Source: a bacterium
GTDB lineage: Bacteria > Patescibacteriota > Minisyncoccia > Phycocordibacterales > UBA5272
NCBI GenBank assembly: GCA_027482685.1
Contig: JAIXVU010000008.1
Span: forward strand, 68,652 to 132,651
Reading direction: 5' to 3'
Length of the DNA: 64,000 nucleotides
Shown: in pieces, positions 50,883 through 61,136 of the stretch
Layout of the letters: the number at the start of each line of letters is the position of its first letter
Numbering within the stretch: position 1 is the first letter of the stretch
The notes under the pieces: generated by a model
Seen by the model: the letters and a program-made list of their open reading frames with translations, nothing else
The model's database searches: none
Told to the model about the DNA's origin: nothing
Translations under genes and position numbers: made by a program

Positions 50883-52619
50883 CTAAAGCTCATTAATTTC
50901 AGGAAATGGAATTTTACCTGCAATACATTTTATCATTGCATCTTCTTTTAGAGTAACCATGCCTTTTTTACGAGCAAGCTGCCAAATTGCCTCCTCACCT
51001 TTACTTCGCAAAATTGCCTCTTCAATATCCTTGTCAAAGGTTAATATCTCAAACACCGGCACACGCCCCTTCATACCAGTCGGGTACTGAGCATTTGGAA
51101 CTGCAGTGTGAAAAGGTCTATCAAGTTTGTATTTTATCTTAAACTCAGGAGGAAGATCAGCAAATGTTGTATCGATAAGTTTAGTAAGAGAAGCATTCAT
51201 CTCCATCGGCTCTGCACAACCTTCAGCAATTGCTCGTGATAGACGTTGACCAATGGTTGCTATAATAGTTGGCGCAATAAGATACGGCTCTATACCCATA
51301 TCCAATAGACGTGTGATAACACCGATTGCCGTGTTGGTGTGAATTGTGGAGAACACTAAGTGTCCAGTGAGTGCTGCTTGGATAGCAAGCTGGGCAGTTT
51401 CTGCATCTCGAATCTCTCCCACCATGATTACATCAGGATCTTGACGAAGAATAGAACGAAGGCCGGAGGCAAACGTATACCCAATTTCTGGGAACACCTG
51501 TGATTGGTTCATCCCAGGTACGTTGTATTCGATAGGGTCTTCAAGAGACACCACATTTCTATGTTCACGGTCAATTTCGTTTAACATCGCGTATAGCGTT
51601 GTTGTTTTTCCTGACCCTGTAGGACCTGAGATAAGCACCACACCGTATGGACGACCGAGCATGTCTCTTAACTGCTCCATTTGATGTTCAGAAAATCCAA
51701 GAGTGTTGACGGGACGAACTCCACGGTAACTATCCAAGATACGGATTACCACCTTTTCTCCATAATACCCAGGAAATGTCGATACACGGTAGTCAATTTT
51801 GTGATCACCGAACTTTGTACTGAATCGCCCGTCTTGTGGCTTACGCTTCTCATCAAGCTTCATGGAACACAGAATTTTAATACGAGCAACTATCATCGGA
51901 TGTAACTTAGGTGGAAGAGACGTAACGATATCAAGACGTCCATCCATACGACAACGAGCTCGAACCGATGCTCCAACATGCTCAATGTGTATATCAGATG
52001 CCCCGTTATCAATAGCATAACGAAGTATAGTACTAAATATCTCAGGTACAGGTAGTTTTGCCAGATCTTTATCAAGGCCACTAGTTATTGATTCTAAGTC
52101 AATTTCTTTTGAGTCATCATCTTTTGAAACACCATCTTTTACAACATAGGAAAGTGTTGCAGCATCATCAATCTTAGTTGTAATACTTGCTTTTTCTCCT
52201 TCATCTGTGATCCCAAAGTGTTTTTTGTAACCGCTGTATGGAATTAAAAATACTTTATACGGTGTGTGGTCTGTTCCAAAAAGAAACTGAAGGCTATCGA
52301 GTACGTTTGCATGATCAGGGTCGACTATCCCAACAAGCAAAACTCCTTCTTTCATTTCAAGAGGGGTTGCGAGGAATTGTTTTGATTGAGCAACGCTTAC
52401 ATATTTAGTAAGGTCACTATTTTCTTTTATCTCATCTTTATATATCGGTAATCCGTAGAGAATATTACGAATATCAAGTATCTCGGCTTCTGTTATATTT
52501 TTCTTAAGTAAAACATCATCAATAACCGCATCTTCACGCGTTGCTAAATCAGCAGCTATTTCTTCTGCTTCTTTTTCTGTTAACTTATTTTGACTAACGA
52601 AGAGGTCGAGAAGAAGCAT
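50883..52619 (-). CDS. pilB: Type IV pilus assembly ATPase
   Basis: ASDIHIE, PQDGRF, GPTGSGKTTT and LRQDPDVIMVGEIRD. Confidence 0.94.
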   Translation of the reverse strand: MLLLDLFVSQNKLTEKEAEEIAADLATREDAVIDDVLLKKNITEAEILDIRNILYGLPIYKDEIKENSDLTKYVSVAQSKQFLATPLEMKEGVLLVGIVDPDHANVLDSLQFLFGTDHTPYKVFLIPYSGYKKHFGITDEGEKASITTKIDDAATLSYVVKDGVSKDDDSKEIDLESITSGLDKDLAKLPVPEIFSTILRYAIDNGASDIHIEHVGASVRARCRMDGRLDIVTSLPPKLHPMIVARIKILCSMKLDEKRKPQDGRFSTKFGDHKIDYRVSTFPGYYGEKVVIRILDSYRGVRPVNTLGFSEHQMEQLRDMLGRPYGVVLISGPTGSGKTTTLYAMLNEIDREHRNVVSLEDPIEYNVPGMNQSQVFPEIGYTFASGLRSILRQDPDVIMVGEIRDAETAQLAIQAALTGHLVFSTIHTNTAIGVITRLLDMGIEPYLIAPTIIATIGQRLSRAIAEGCAEPMEMNASLTKLIDTTFADLPPEFKIKYKLDRPFHTAVPNAQYPTGMKGRVPVFEILTFDKDIEEAILRSKGEEAIWQLARKKGMVTLKEDAMIKCIAGKIPFPEINEL

Positions 52620-52932
52620 AAGGTAAGAATGGGTCCAAACGTCCACGAGTGGCGTTTGGAGATATTACCTCAGAGTAATCATCAAGCATTTCTACAAGAG
52701 GGGAGGACATAAATGAAACATCTTTAAACGAAATCTTTTCTCGTGAAGTAACATTGATGAAACTAATAAAATTAGCACTAAGTAATTTATCACCTCCAGT
52801 AACTGATATGGTGGTTGTCTCACCCAGAATAAACCTATCGTATAAGTAATACCCCCCAGCAAATACAGCAATAAGAATAAAAACTTCTATAATAATGGTC
52901 TTCTGTTTTGGTGAAATAGATGGTGTTGTCAT
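52594..52932 (-). CDS. Pilus alignment protein (PilP position), hypothetical
   Basis: TM helix and C-terminal GRLDPF. Position after pilO. Confidence 0.65.
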   Translation of the reverse strand: MTTPSISPKQKTIIIEVFILIAVFAGGYYLYDRFILGETTTISVTGGDKLLSANFISFINVTSREKISFKDVSFMSSPLVEMLDDYSEVISPNATRGRLDPFLPYASSRPLR

Positions 52933-52942
52933 ACTATGTTAT

Positions 52943-53494
52943 TTACTTTATATAAAAAGTGTTAAATCTTACTCTAAATTCTATAGAATCTGGATTTTTC
53001 TCTGAGGCTCCAAATGAGACAGATTCTATTTGAAAGAGCCTAAGATTGGTTTCAAATAGTCTTATAAGATCTTTAAATCTTGGATACGACGTCGTTACCG
53101 AAAAACCAACACCATAGACACCTGGTACTCCCGCTGCTGGTTTTGTAAGCTCTGAAACATTTAAGTCTTTAAGGGTAACATTAATAATATTTGCCATATT
53201 AACCATTTCACTTAAAAGACGAGTACGATCTATCGTGTCCGGAACCATTAGTTTTAGTTTTTCTTTGTCACTACCACTAATTTTTTCATAGTCTTTTTTT
53301 AGATCATCTGCTTGTTTTACTATTTCTTCTGCACGAATAATAGCTTGAACATACTGCTGTTTTTCTACTTTGAGTTTAGAGATACTTTTCGGTTGCCAAA
53401 GAGTACCCTCACCGCTATAAAGCGGATTAATGACAAAATAATACAGAGCTCCAGCTAATAGTAATAAAAGTGTAATAAGTAATTTAGGTGACAT
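52943..53494 (-). CDS. pilO: PilO-like protein
   Basis: TM, coiled coil and SYPRFKDLIRLFETNLRLFQI. Synteny. Confidence 0.75.
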   Translation of the reverse strand: MSPKLLITLLLLLAGALYYFVINPLYSGEGTLWQPKSISKLKVEKQQYVQAIIRAEEIVKQADDLKKDYEKISGSDKEKLKLMVPDTIDRTRLLSEMVNMANIINVTLKDLNVSELTKPAAGVPGVYGVGFSVTTSYPRFKDLIRLFETNLRLFQIESVSFGASEKNPDSIEFRVRFNTFYIK

Positions 53495-53496
53495 GG

Positions 53497-54153
53497 CTAC
53501 TGGGCTTGATTAACTGAAGGAACTTGTCGGGTTTCATTGTTTGTCTTAATAATAAACTCCTCAGGCAATATTTTCTTTATAAGAATAGTAGATTTTATAG
53601 AAAAATTTACCGTTCCTTTTTCGTCTGCACTAACACCACTAAACGTAAGATCAGGCATATAGTCTGAGTATGGCTTATTTTTAAGTGTTTCCTGTTGCTG
53701 AATAACCGTCTTATAGTCAGGTGACTTAGCAGCAATCACGATACTATAGCTTTCTTTTGTTTGCTCACGTTTAAAATCGAACTGAGAATACGTTATTGGA
53801 TGTTCTATGCTATCTTCTAAAATACGAAATGCTGTTGCAACTGACGCATGCTCTGTAACTAGTTTTTTTGCTACTTTCATGCGTGCTGATAACACTATCA
53901 TGTCGTTAATCGGCAAATCTTGTAATCGCGTATCATACTGTGCAAGCTTAGTTTGTTGTTCTGTTACATCCCTTTGGAGTTTCTGTTGATACAAAAACAA
54001 GACTAAAGATAGAACCAGAGTAACCCCAAAAACAACTGCTGCAAGAAACGTGAATAAGCTACTCTTTGATTCTTTGAAGCGATTGGTTAACCCCTCTGCC
54101 GAAAGAGTTGGTGGTGGTGTCGTATCTTGAGTTGGTTTAAATGAAAACGGCAT
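53497..54153 (-). CDS. pilN: PilN-like protein
   Basis: TM plus coiled coil. Directly after pilM. Confidence 0.65.
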   Translation of the reverse strand: MPFSFKPTQDTTPPPTLSAEGLTNRFKESKSSLFTFLAAVVFGVTLVLSLVLFLYQQKLQRDVTEQQTKLAQYDTRLQDLPINDMIVLSARMKVAKKLVTEHASVATAFRILEDSIEHPITYSQFDFKREQTKESYSIVIAAKSPDYKTVIQQQETLKNKPYSDYMPDLTFSGVSADEKGTVNFSIKSTILIKKILPEEFIIKTNNETRQVPSVNQAQ

Positions 54154-54156
54154 GAA

Positions 54157-55230
54157 TTATTTTTGAGGAACTAGCTTCTTTAAGGCACATCCGATAGCTA
54201 CTGCATATGTTGGACCGACTTTTTGTATCATATCATGCAAAAAATCTGGCACGCTTATCTGGTCAAACGGTGTCGCTATCCTTCCTGGGATGTGCACCGT
54301 CTGATCATATGCACCGAGTAGCCCTGGGACTCTTGCTCCGCCTCCAACCAAAATTATTCCTTCTATCACTTGATTATACTTTTTTTCATACATCAAAGAT
54401 AGACGTGCGACCTCACCAAACAGTGGATAACTAGAAAGTTGCATCACATCCTTAAGATATGGATTAGATGCATCTCCTAAGTATCCGAAGCGACGTTTAG
54501 CTTCTTCAGCTGTTTCAATTGAAAGTGAAAGCGCCTTAGCTAGTTGTGCGGTGCTCTGTTGTGACCCCCTACTAATCACATGCATATCAAGTACAGTACT
54601 TTGGTATACAAGTGATAGTGTTGTAAACTGCGCTCCTATATCAACGTACAAAATCATTGCTTGTGTAAGTGGTGGACTGCTCCGCATAAGACTATATCCA
54701 GGTATTTCATAATCAACAGAAGTAAACTCAAGTTTTGTTGTTATTCTTTCGTAGAGATTAAGTGTATCGTTCTTAACAGCAGCGAGAACTACGTTCATCA
54801 TTCGTTCATCAACCTTTATCTCTGAACTATCCGGTATGTGCCACCAGTCCATCTGTACTTCGGTAAGCGGAACTGGAATATATTTCTTAGCTTCAAACGC
54901 CATCATTGTTTTTAGTTGAGTATCATCAACCTTTGGAACTTTAATGAGTGAGACGAATGCTCCTGACGGATCAATAGAAACAACTGCATTTTTTGCAGTT
55001 ATTTTTGCGGCAGCGAAAAGATCACGCATAACTTCTATGAACTTATCCTCCCCGAGGTGAGTGGTCTGGCCTGCAATAAGACCCATATAAGGACCGAGCT
55101 CAACCTCCCCATATGTGTCTAAAATAATCTTTTCTTTTTCGCGACGTAGCTGTACTACTTTTATAGATGACGAACCTATATCAATACCAATCGCTTGAGC
55201 AACATCCTCTTTTTTGAAAAAACTAAACAT
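54157..55230 (-). CDS. pilM: Type IV pilus assembly protein PilM
   Basis: IGIDIGSSSIKVV, EAKKYIP, VDIGA and LVGGGA actin-like motifs. Confidence 0.93.
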   Translation of the reverse strand: MFSFFKKEDVAQAIGIDIGSSSIKVVQLRREKEKIILDTYGEVELGPYMGLIAGQTTHLGEDKFIEVMRDLFAAAKITAKNAVVSIDPSGAFVSLIKVPKVDDTQLKTMMAFEAKKYIPVPLTEVQMDWWHIPDSSEIKVDERMMNVVLAAVKNDTLNLYERITTKLEFTSVDYEIPGYSLMRSSPPLTQAMILYVDIGAQFTTLSLVYQSTVLDMHVISRGSQQSTAQLAKALSLSIETAEEAKRRFGYLGDASNPYLKDVMQLSSYPLFGEVARLSLMYEKKYNQVIEGIILVGGGARVPGLLGAYDQTVHIPGRIATPFDQISVPDFLHDMIQKVGPTYAVAIGCALKKLVPQK

Positions 55231-55283
55231 ACTACTAGTATACATCGTTTAATGATATAGTTTATAGCGTATACACTTCTATT

Positions 55284-55913
55284 ATGTGGATGATACGTAA
55301 GACACTACAGTCACTAAGCAGCATACTCTTCCCACCTCTTTGCTATATATGTAAAAAAAGAGATGCGCTATTGTGTAGATCTTGCATCTCCTCACTTGCA
55401 CGCTCAATAGATACTGAGTCTTTATATATTTATAGTAGTTTTAGCTATCGTGACCCACATATAAAAAAAATTTTACACGCAATCAAGTACTTCCACAAAA
55501 AAGACTTACTTAATCCCCTAGCATTAGTACTTGCGGAAGATATGAAAAAACAAGGATACTCTGGACTACTAATTCCAGTGCCCATGTCTCCAGTGCGTAA
55601 ATACATACGTGGCTACAATCAAGCTGAAGAACTTACAAAAATACTCTCTCGTATAACTGGACTACCTTATGCTACCGGTATCCTTAAACGCTCACTCATA
55701 ACAAAACGGCAAGTAACAATGTCTACAAAGAAGGAAAGGCTACAAAATCCAAAGCGAACCTTTCACCTTACATCAAAAAAAGACATCTTAAAAAATAAAA
55801 ATATAATACTTGTTGATGATATAACAACAACAGGAGCAACACTTAGTGAAGCTCGTAGCATGTTACTTGGTGCGGGTGCGAAAAATGTGCAAGCAGTCAC
55901 GCTTGCACATTAA
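55284..55913 (+). CDS. comF: ComF-family phosphoribosyltransferase (competence)
   Basis: CYIC..CRSC, IPVP, RGYNQAE and LVDDITTTGATL. Confidence 0.93.
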   Translation: MWMIRKTLQSLSSILFPPLCYICKKRDALLCRSCISSLARSIDTESLYIYSSFSYRDPHIKKILHAIKYFHKKDLLNPLALVLAEDMKKQGYSGLLIPVPMSPVRKYIRGYNQAEELTKILSRITGLPYATGILKRSLITKRQVTMSTKKERLQNPKRTFHLTSKKDILKNKNIILVDDITTTGATLSEARSMLLGAGAKNVQAVTLAH

Positions 55914-55938
55914 TCTGCATACTATTATTAACCCTCTC

Positions 55939-56601
55939 TTACTGCTGAACTTCCTGTACCTCTTTAGCCCCTAAGAAGACCCGCGCAACTGCACGCAGAA
56001 AGTCTGCCTGAATCCCAATCTGTGCTAGAAAAGACTCTTGCACGCCTTTATCTTCAAGTATTCTAGTTACATTATCAGTTGTCGTACCACTAAGAATACG
56101 TTGTACCAATCCTCTTTCACTGCCTTTATCATCTCGTCTTAGAACACCAGTGTTTGAGGTAGTGGTACCAGTGAGCGCTACAACCTTGGCCATGTACGTG
56201 TCACGGACTTTTTCTATCTCTTTTACCGCGTCTTGATGAAGAACAAGTAACTTCGCATTTAGTTCTTGATTACCAGTAACAACTGGGAGGCCGAGTAAAA
56301 TAGCATGCCCATCACGCCCACTTTTTGCATCTTCACTAGCTTTACCGGATGATACAGCTTGACCTTCTCGTTTCTCCATACGCTTATCCTGTGCGACTGT
56401 TGGACGTGGAGGAACTGCTGTGGTGCTTGCTTGAACGCGTGCTTCTCCATAACCCTTGATTGGTACAAGCTTAGTCTCAACTACTCCTCTTTGGCCTTCT
56501 TGTTGTGGCTCTTCGTGAGGAATACCAGTATCATGAGCAAATACTGATGATGCAACCAAAAAAACACTTAAAAATGCAGCATAAGATACTATTTTTTTCA
56601 T
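55939..56601 (-). CDS. Secreted hypothetical protein
   Basis: Signal peptide ending VFA. Confidence 0.75.
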   Translation of the reverse strand: MKKIVSYAAFLSVFLVASSVFAHDTGIPHEEPQQEGQRGVVETKLVPIKGYGEARVQASTTAVPPRPTVAQDKRMEKREGQAVSSGKASEDAKSGRDGHAILLGLPVVTGNQELNAKLLVLHQDAVKEIEKVRDTYMAKVVALTGTTTSNTGVLRRDDKGSERGLVQRILSGTTTDNVTRILEDKGVQESFLAQIGIQADFLRAVARVFLGAKEVQEVQQ

Positions 56602-56751
56602 ATACCGAATAGTTTAGTATAAATACCTTAATTACGCTAGTTATACACCTAGTAGCCACATGACATATGGTAATTTCTTATAAATGTTCTACACTTATTA
56701 TTGTTAGGGGTATTTAATAGTTTGCATAATAACCTACAAGATAATAATCTT

Positions 56752-57264
56752 ATGGACAATACACATACACATAGTGAGCATGCTCACGGGGAGCATCATC
56801 ATACAAAAAAGAAATTAGTGCATCACGCAGAATCTCTTGAAACTTGGCTTGCTTCTATATTCAAAGATGCGCCACACATCCCAGATGGAGGGCGCAAAGT
56901 CATTGCGGATATATTACCTTGGCTTGCGGTAATATTTGGGGTTCTTGGCATCATAGCTCTCTTCTCTGCGGGAGTTGTCAGCCTTGTGCTATCTCCACTT
57001 ATTGTACTTAGTGGCGGAGCATACGGTATTTATCTCTTCATTAGTATTGTTTTAGGACTTGCATCATCTGTGCTTTCTTTCCTTTCATTTAATCCACTTC
57101 GTGAAATGAAGAAAAAAGGCTGGGATCTAACTTTTTATTCACTTATTATAAGTGCTATCTCAACCGTTGTATCACTTGTCTTTATGATGGGCGGACTAGG
57201 AGGGATACTTGGGGCTGTCATTGGTGCGTATCTCATCTTTGAAATTAGAGGAATGTACCACTAA
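56752..57264 (+). CDS. Integral membrane protein with His-rich N-terminus
   Basis: HTHSEHAHGEHHH followed by about four TM helices. Confidence 0.8.
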   Translation: MDNTHTHSEHAHGEHHHTKKKLVHHAESLETWLASIFKDAPHIPDGGRKVIADILPWLAVIFGVLGIIALFSAGVVSLVLSPLIVLSGGAYGIYLFISIVLGLASSVLSFLSFNPLREMKKKGWDLTFYSLIISAISTVVSLVFMMGGLGGILGAVIGAYLIFEIRGMYH

Positions 57265-57293
57265 AGATATAGTTGACTATCTGTAACTAGGAT

Positions 57294-57326
57294 GTAAAGA
57301 GCGGCGCCTACGGCGCCGCTCTTTAC
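57294..57326. terminator. Bidirectional terminator
   Basis: GTAAAGAGCGGCGCC-TAC-GGCGCCGCTCTTTAC. Confidence 0.75.
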
Positions 57327-57352
57327 CTTCACACTTCTACAACCAACCAGCA

Positions 57353-58297
57353 TTACTGCACTTCTATGTAGTAGTCTTTACTTCCGTAAAGTGTATATCC
57401 TTCCGCTGTTTTCTTCGCGTACACTTTTGCACGCGCACCAATTTTATTCTCAACTGATCCAAAATCAGGAATACCGGTAACACTTCCCACTATTGCTTGT
57501 GACCAGCCTATTGTAGTAACCACCTTCTTATCATCTACCGTGATACTGCATTCCCCATCTGCAAAACAAGCGGTCGAATATGCAGTGATAATACCTTCAA
57601 AACGTTCTTCAGGCGCTGATTGTGCTATTATTTTTTTATTCAACTCTTTTCTCGTTAATGGACCAACATACCCGGTTGGCGGTATTCCATTTGATCTTTG
57701 GAACATCTGCACAGAAGCATATGTAGCCCGTCCAAAATACCCGGTTGCAGGAGTCTTAAGATACCCTTCTTGTATAAGGATAGTTTGTAGAGCTATGACA
57801 TGCATACCTCGTGACCCTAGCCAGAGATTTCTTGTTATTTGAACATTAGTACCATTATTTCCACCGCTATCTCCTCTACTCTTTGTAACGAACTCTACAG
57901 ACAGACTCTGGTACTCATTTGTAGGGCACGGTGTTGTGATACATCTAATTGTATTATCTCGTTTATAGACTACTGTGTATGAAGTGTTCGGATTCAGATT
58001 GCCCACTGTCACTTCTGTACGACCGACTTCAGTTTTCTTAGGGAGACACGCCTCTGGTGTTGGGTAGATTGCGATGCATACTTTATTTGTTTCAAAATAT
58101 TCAAAGTAAACCCCGCTTCTTTCTTCTTGTGTGATATCTCCAAGCACCTGTGGTGAAAGTGAGAACGTAGCTCGTGTATCACCAACTTGAGATACAGTAG
58201 GCCCGTTGAAGTATCTTGCGGTCTCTTTTTGAGAAAATGCAGACGAAGTAGCAAGTGATAGTGCAATTCCTGCAATGATAACAACTAATTTTTTCAT
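57353..58297 (-). CDS. Secreted protein with FN3-like region and peptidoglycan-binding domain
   Basis: Signal peptide, LNPNTSY, and LWLGSRG..V.ALQ..L...GYFGRAT..SV..FQ...G...TGYVGPLTR (PG_binding_1). Confidence 0.85.
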   Translation of the reverse strand: MKKLVVIIAGIALSLATSSAFSQKETARYFNGPTVSQVGDTRATFSLSPQVLGDITQEERSGVYFEYFETNKVCIAIYPTPEACLPKKTEVGRTEVTVGNLNPNTSYTVVYKRDNTIRCITTPCPTNEYQSLSVEFVTKSRGDSGGNNGTNVQITRNLWLGSRGMHVIALQTILIQEGYLKTPATGYFGRATYASVQMFQRSNGIPPTGYVGPLTRKELNKKIIAQSAPEERFEGIITAYSTACFADGECSITVDDKKVVTTIGWSQAIVGSVTGIPDFGSVENKIGARAKVYAKKTAEGYTLYGSKDYYIEVQ

Positions 58298-58460
58298 GCG
58301 TTATATAGATAGTGTAAATAATAATGGAAAATAAACAGCCTAAAGATTATTTTAAGCCCTTTCATGTAGTATAACAATCTAGCTCTATTCTTGTGACACT
58401 CTTAGTCTAACTAGATATCTTCATCCTTACTAATTATTCCTCATAGACAAAAGATACCAA

Positions 58461-59966
58461 CTACGATAACGACCTTAAAAATATCACAGCTTTGTTTTTG
58501 TACTCATCTTTTTTCTCATTACTCATCTTGCCATATAGAACTCCAATAAATCCAAGCCTCCCCTCTTTTTGAAGTACCTCATAATGCTTCCCCACAAAAC
58601 TCCAAAAAAGTGCATCCCATACCTCTGACCAATCGCCTTTCTTGTAATCACTCATCTTTAGAATATAGTTTGAACCTGAGATATAGGGCTTCGTAGTAAT
58701 TATTCCTCCATCAGCATAGAGTGCCATACTATACACATTCGGTACCATCACCCAGTCATATGCATCAATATACATTTCCATGAACCACTTGTACACTTCA
58801 TGAGGCTTAAAACCACACAGATTCATAAAGTTCCCCATCACCATAAGTCGTTCAATATGATGTGAGTAGCCAGTATGTAGTACACCCTGTATCATATGAT
58901 CAATAGGTAGTATTCCTGTAGCCCCTGTCCAAAAACTTTTCGGAATATCTCGTGATGCACTAAAGTAATTCTTGCTACGTATAGTCTTCCCTTCGCGTAT
59001 ATAGATAGCACGCATGTATTCTCTCCATCCTATAATCTGCCTAATAAATCCTTCAAGCGATGCAATAGGCACATTATTATTTTGTGCATACTGTAATGTC
59101 TGTTGTACAACATACTCCGGTGTAAGTAACCCGATATTAAGTAATGGTGAGAGTACACTGTGAAATAGCAACCCGTGTTCTATAATCATTGCATCCTCAT
59201 ATGGCCCAAATGATGCGAGCTTCACTGAAAGAAACTCACTGAGCCACGCACGTGCTTCTGAATGTGTAACAGTGTAGAAGAATCCAGAGAGATCTCCATA
59301 GTTCTTGCTAAAATTTTTCTCTACATATTTTTTTGCTTCTATGACATGAGTAGTATCTGAAGGTTTTGGCAACTCTGGCAACAGTAACCCTTTCGGAACC
59401 TTTTTTCTATTCTCTGTGTCATAGCTCCAAGTACCACCAACAGGCGCACCATCCTTTTCTATTAAAATACCAAGTCGCTTACGTTGCCACTCATAAAAAT
59501 TTTTCATAAAGTACATACGTTTACCCTGCTCTCTATCAAAATATTCTGCAAGCATTGCCCTACTTGTTAGGAAAAGTGGTGTTTCCTCTATCGTGTACAA
59601 AATATTACTTTTACTGAGTGCCTGCGTGAGCCGTGTCTCTAACCAATCATCAACCACATCAAAAAAATGCACGTGCGTAATAGAATAACCTTCGAGAATC
59701 TTCACAATATCTCCAGTATTTTTTAATGCATGTGTCTCTATGTAATGAACTACATACCCTTGCGCTACAAGCATCTCTTCGTAGCACTTCATACTCGCAC
59801 GATGTAGTGTAAGTTTTTGTTTATGAAAAACATACTGCGTAAAAAACAACGGCTCCTCAATAAGAATAACCACTCGCTTAGGTGAAAGTAATATATTTTT
59901 CTCAAATAGCTGATGAGGGTAAATGAGAACTGCTTCCGTAATTCTTTCTATAGTACTCTTTGTCAT
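58461..59966 (-). CDS. Bacterial (6-4) photolyase-like cryptochrome/photolyase (FeS-BCP/PhrB clade)
   Basis: YPHQL, HKQKL..HRASM, FGPYEDAM, EGFIRQIIGWREY, HHIERLM and YIDAYDWVMVPNV. Confidence 0.9.
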   Translation of the reverse strand: MTKSTIERITEAVLIYPHQLFEKNILLSPKRVVILIEEPLFFTQYVFHKQKLTLHRASMKCYEEMLVAQGYVVHYIETHALKNTGDIVKILEGYSITHVHFFDVVDDWLETRLTQALSKSNILYTIEETPLFLTSRAMLAEYFDREQGKRMYFMKNFYEWQRKRLGILIEKDGAPVGGTWSYDTENRKKVPKGLLLPELPKPSDTTHVIEAKKYVEKNFSKNYGDLSGFFYTVTHSEARAWLSEFLSVKLASFGPYEDAMIIEHGLLFHSVLSPLLNIGLLTPEYVVQQTLQYAQNNNVPIASLEGFIRQIIGWREYMRAIYIREGKTIRSKNYFSASRDIPKSFWTGATGILPIDHMIQGVLHTGYSHHIERLMVMGNFMNLCGFKPHEVYKWFMEMYIDAYDWVMVPNVYSMALYADGGIITTKPYISGSNYILKMSDYKKGDWSEVWDALFWSFVGKHYEVLQKEGRLGFIGVLYGKMSNEKKDEYKNKAVIFLRSLS

Positions 59967-59972
59967 TTTTAT

Positions 59973-61100
59973 TTATAGATATAAATATGCTTCACATTTT
60001 TTCCAATACGACATAAATCCCCGTGGAACATGCGCAATCTCTGGAAACAGATACTCAGGTGAAGAGACTACACCTGGCCATCTTTCTAATGCAGGATGAC
60101 TTTTCCTGTATACACTTTTACCTATCGACCATTCCTTCAGTTCATCTAATGTACCAACCACAATATGAATGCTTGGTATATTCTTAGAAAGAGCACATAT
60201 AAATGCTATGCGTGCAGGGCTAACAGGAAACATAGTAAGTTCGTCTCTATCAATAAAAAGCACTTTTGTAGCTGGGGTATTTACAGGGTTCCATGTTGGG
60301 TCAAGTGTCCAGATGCTGTACAGCATATAACTATCTCCAGATAGCATATCTAAGGTACCTGTACTCTTAAATAACTCAAAATCCGTAGTAAGTGTAAACG
60401 GCACACCCTCCTCTAGCTCCTTAGGATCAAGCACCGTAAGGAGTGACGTGTCGACATCTAGATATGTATTGTTTTGGCGTACTGGAGAGAACTTATTGAT
60501 CATCTCTTGATTTGCAACATATTGTTTTGAACTAAATGTACCAGCAACCCATTGCCATGAGAGAGTGTTTGATGCCTTATCTCCATCTACAAGATAGTAG
60601 AACATATACCGACTCACATCCCACCAACTATAATGCCCGACATTTGTAGCGAGCATTGCTTGCCACATGCGAGCATGATTATGCATGTATCCAGTTGTAT
60701 AGAGACTCGCATACGCAGTATCTATTGCAATGATTCCTGTTGTAGCATCCACAAAAGCCTTCGGCACACCGTATCGCCTCACCCCAGTTTGCGGAGATTT
60801 AAGGTCTTTAAAAATTCTATCTTGCTCCTCAGTATACACCCTCTGAAAGAACTCTCTCCACGCAAGTTCAAAGATAAACGTATACGACTCTTTCACTGAG
60901 TACTTCTTAAGCACACTATCTCGCACATACGGAAGCGAGACAACCCCGTGTGTAAGATATGGTGAGATATGCGTGACGGCACCATCAATGTTATTTCTAC
61001 TTCGAGCGTAGTGTACTGGGTTGATAGATTCTAATCGTTCAATAATTTTCTGGTACTCTGTTGGGAAGGATGGAGGCATAATGACAAAATTAGTATACAC
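59973..61100 (-). CDS. Short photolyase with N-terminal FAD-binding domain (inverted domain order)
   Basis: ISPYLTHG, ELAWREFF, GYMHNHARMW and DGDKASNTLSWQWVAG lie in the N-terminal half. Confidence 0.88.
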   Translation of the reverse strand: MYTNFVIMPPSFPTEYQKIIERLESINPVHYARSRNNIDGAVTHISPYLTHGVVSLPYVRDSVLKKYSVKESYTFIFELAWREFFQRVYTEEQDRIFKDLKSPQTGVRRYGVPKAFVDATTGIIAIDTAYASLYTTGYMHNHARMWQAMLATNVGHYSWWDVSRYMFYYLVDGDKASNTLSWQWVAGTFSSKQYVANQEMINKFSPVRQNNTYLDVDTSLLTVLDPKELEEGVPFTLTTDFELFKSTGTLDMLSGDSYMLYSIWTLDPTWNPVNTPATKVLFIDRDELTMFPVSPARIAFICALSKNIPSIHIVVGTLDELKEWSIGKSVYRKSHPALERWPGVVSSPEYLFPEIAHVPRGFMSYWKKCEAYLYL

Positions 61101-61136
61101 AATTAAGGTAATAAATAAAAAACTACGATATATTTT

